Below the pieces are notes generated by a model that worked only from the letters and a program-made list of their open reading frames with translations, ran no database searches and had not been told where the DNA came from. A DNA stretch of 8,024 nucleotides from Nitrososphaerota archaeon (lineage in GTDB: Archaea > Thermoproteota > Nitrososphaeria > Nitrososphaerales > UBA57), in NCBI GenBank assembly GCA_002713205.1, contig PAVW01000012.1:9234-17257 (forward strand), given 5' to 3'. Shown one piece after another: positions 7,307-8,024 of this stretch (the stretch's first letter is position 1; each line of letters begins with the position of its first letter). Position numbers and translations under genes: made by a program.

Positions 7307-7312
7307 AAGGAG
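7307..7312 (+). promoter_or_regulatory. SD-like ribosome binding site for rps3ae
   Basis: AAGGAG lies 8 nt upstream of TTG 7321. It is the strongest SD match in the window and supports the non-ATG start. Confidence 0.65.
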
Positions 7313-7320
7313 TATTAAAA

Positions 7321-8024
7321 TTGCCTAAAAAAACAAAACGACGAGGAAAAGTAAAAGACAAATGGAAAGAAAAACAATGGATCATGATTCATGCCCCACC
7401 AGAATTTCAAAGCATTCCTGTAGCTTATGTTCCAATTACTTCAAATAAAACTGCCATAAATAGTAATATTGTAACTACTTTATTCGATCTTTATAAAAAA
7501 GATCCCACTCAATATTCAATTAATTTGAATTTCCAAATTACTGAAATAAGTTCCAATATAGCGAAAACAATTTTTAAAGGTCATGAATATTCACGTGAAT
7601 ATTTACGTAGTTTAATTCGACGCGGTTCATCTACTCTGAGTTTTATTCATGATTACACAACTCAAGATAATTTTATCATTCGAATTTATTTTATTGCATT
7701 TGGGCAAGGTAGATTGAATTCATCTAAAAAACATGATATACGACTTATTGCTCACAAGATATTTACTACAAAATCAAGTACTCTGAATTATTCTGAATTA
7801 TCTCAAGAAATAATTCATGAAAAAATTGCATCTGATATTTTTAATACTACAAAGAATGTTAAATATTTACGAAAACTTGTTATTCATAAAACCAAATTAA
7901 TTAAAATTCCAAAAATCGCAAGCACTCCCTCTGCAATTGTTTTAGAAAATGACTCTCCCGTACAATCAGAAAATGACTCTCCCGTACAATCAGAAAATGA
8001 CTCTCCCGTACAATCAGAAAATGA
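7321..8024 (+). CDS. rps3ae: Ribosomal protein eS1 (S3Ae), 3'-truncated by the window end; not present in the supplied ORF track
   Basis: I translated frame 1 by hand from TTG 7321 and found no stop through nt 8022. The product reads LPKKTKRRGKVKDKWKEKQWIMIHAPPEF...TTLFDLYKKDP...NLNFQITEISSNIAKTIFKGHEYSREYLRSLIRRGSSTLSFIHDYTTQDNFIIRIYFIAF...KYLRKLVIHKTKLIKIP. The KDKWK-x-K-x-W...AP-x-F N-terminus and GHE-x-SR(D/E)YLRSLIRR core are S3Ae hallmarks. An in-frame TAA at 7306-7308 closes the frame upstream. AAGGAG at 7307-7312 lies 8 nt before the TTG. Confidence 0.88.
   Translation, partial: MPKKTKRRGKVKDKWKEKQWIMIHAPPEFQSIPVAYVPITSNKTAINSNIVTTLFDLYKKDPTQYSINLNFQITEISSNIAKTIFKGHEYSREYLRSLIRRGSSTLSFIHDYTTQDNFIIRIYFIAFGQGRLNSSKKHDIRLIAHKIFTTKSSTLNYSELSQEIIHEKIASDIFNTTKNVKYLRKLVIHKTKLIKIPKIASTPSAIVLENDSPVQSENDSPVQSENDSPVQSEN
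7945..8024 (+). repeat. In-frame perfect tandem repeat, 24-bp unit gaaaatgactctcccgtacaatca (ENDSPVQS), at least 3.3 copies, continuing past the window end
   Basis: Copies at 7945-7968, 7969-7992 and 7993-8016 are identical. The partial fourth copy at 8017-8024 (gaaaatga) is also identical. The array starts right after the end of the conserved eS1 body (...IPKIASTPSAIVL). Confidence 0.97.

Noticed and set aside
7384-7386. ATG at 7384 as an alternative start for rps3ae.
   Set aside because: It would delete the conserved KDKWKEKQW N-terminal motif of the S3Ae family. TTG 7321 has a well-spaced AAGGAG and follows an in-frame stop.
1-8024. A search of the whole window for defence, toxin-antitoxin, mobile element, tRNA/rRNA or other accessory content.
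   Set aside because: Every stretch longer than about 85 nt is accounted for by a conserved information-processing gene on the + strand. No terminal inverted repeats, integrase or transposase motifs, or structured-RNA-sized gaps are present.

Overview
This window is one compact, AT-rich block of archaeal genes, all on the + strand. It is the conserved RNA polymerase / ribosomal protein supercluster: rpoB (3' part, entering from upstream), rpoA, rpl30e, nusA, rps12, rps7 and rps3ae (running off the 3' end). The calls rest on hallmark motifs read directly from the translations: NADFDGD, bridge helix and trigger loop in RpoA; GDKFASRHGQKG and GEMERD in RpoB; KH-type GKKG/GKSG in NusA; PNSAIRKC in uS12; DTTTIAYGG in uS7; SREYLRSLIRRGSS in eS1. 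I see no mobile element, CRISPR array, tRNA/rRNA, defence or toxin module, so I cannot support a new multi-gene system here; this is core housekeeping DNA. Several features do merit a second look. (1) The largest RNAP subunit is one uninterrupted 1272-codon ORF covering both A' and A'', whereas textbook archaea split it into two genes. (2) uS7 carries an N-terminal extension built from 3 in-frame 48-bp tandem repeats, two of them nucleotide-identical. (3) The next gene is absent from the ORF track. It is eS1/S3Ae, starts at TTG, and ends in at least 3.3 perfect in-frame 24-bp repeats that run off the window. (4) eS1 sits where EF-2/EF-1alpha usually follow S7. (5) Three of the six observable start codons are TTG, and the nusA one may belong to a leaderless transcript. 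(6) The C-terminal Zn-ribbon of RpoB has Asp in place of its fourth ligand. The lineage is not determinable from here. Unsplit rpoB plus unsplit rpoA in an AT-rich genome fits my unverified recollection of ammonia-oxidising Thaumarchaeota or some Asgard genomes.
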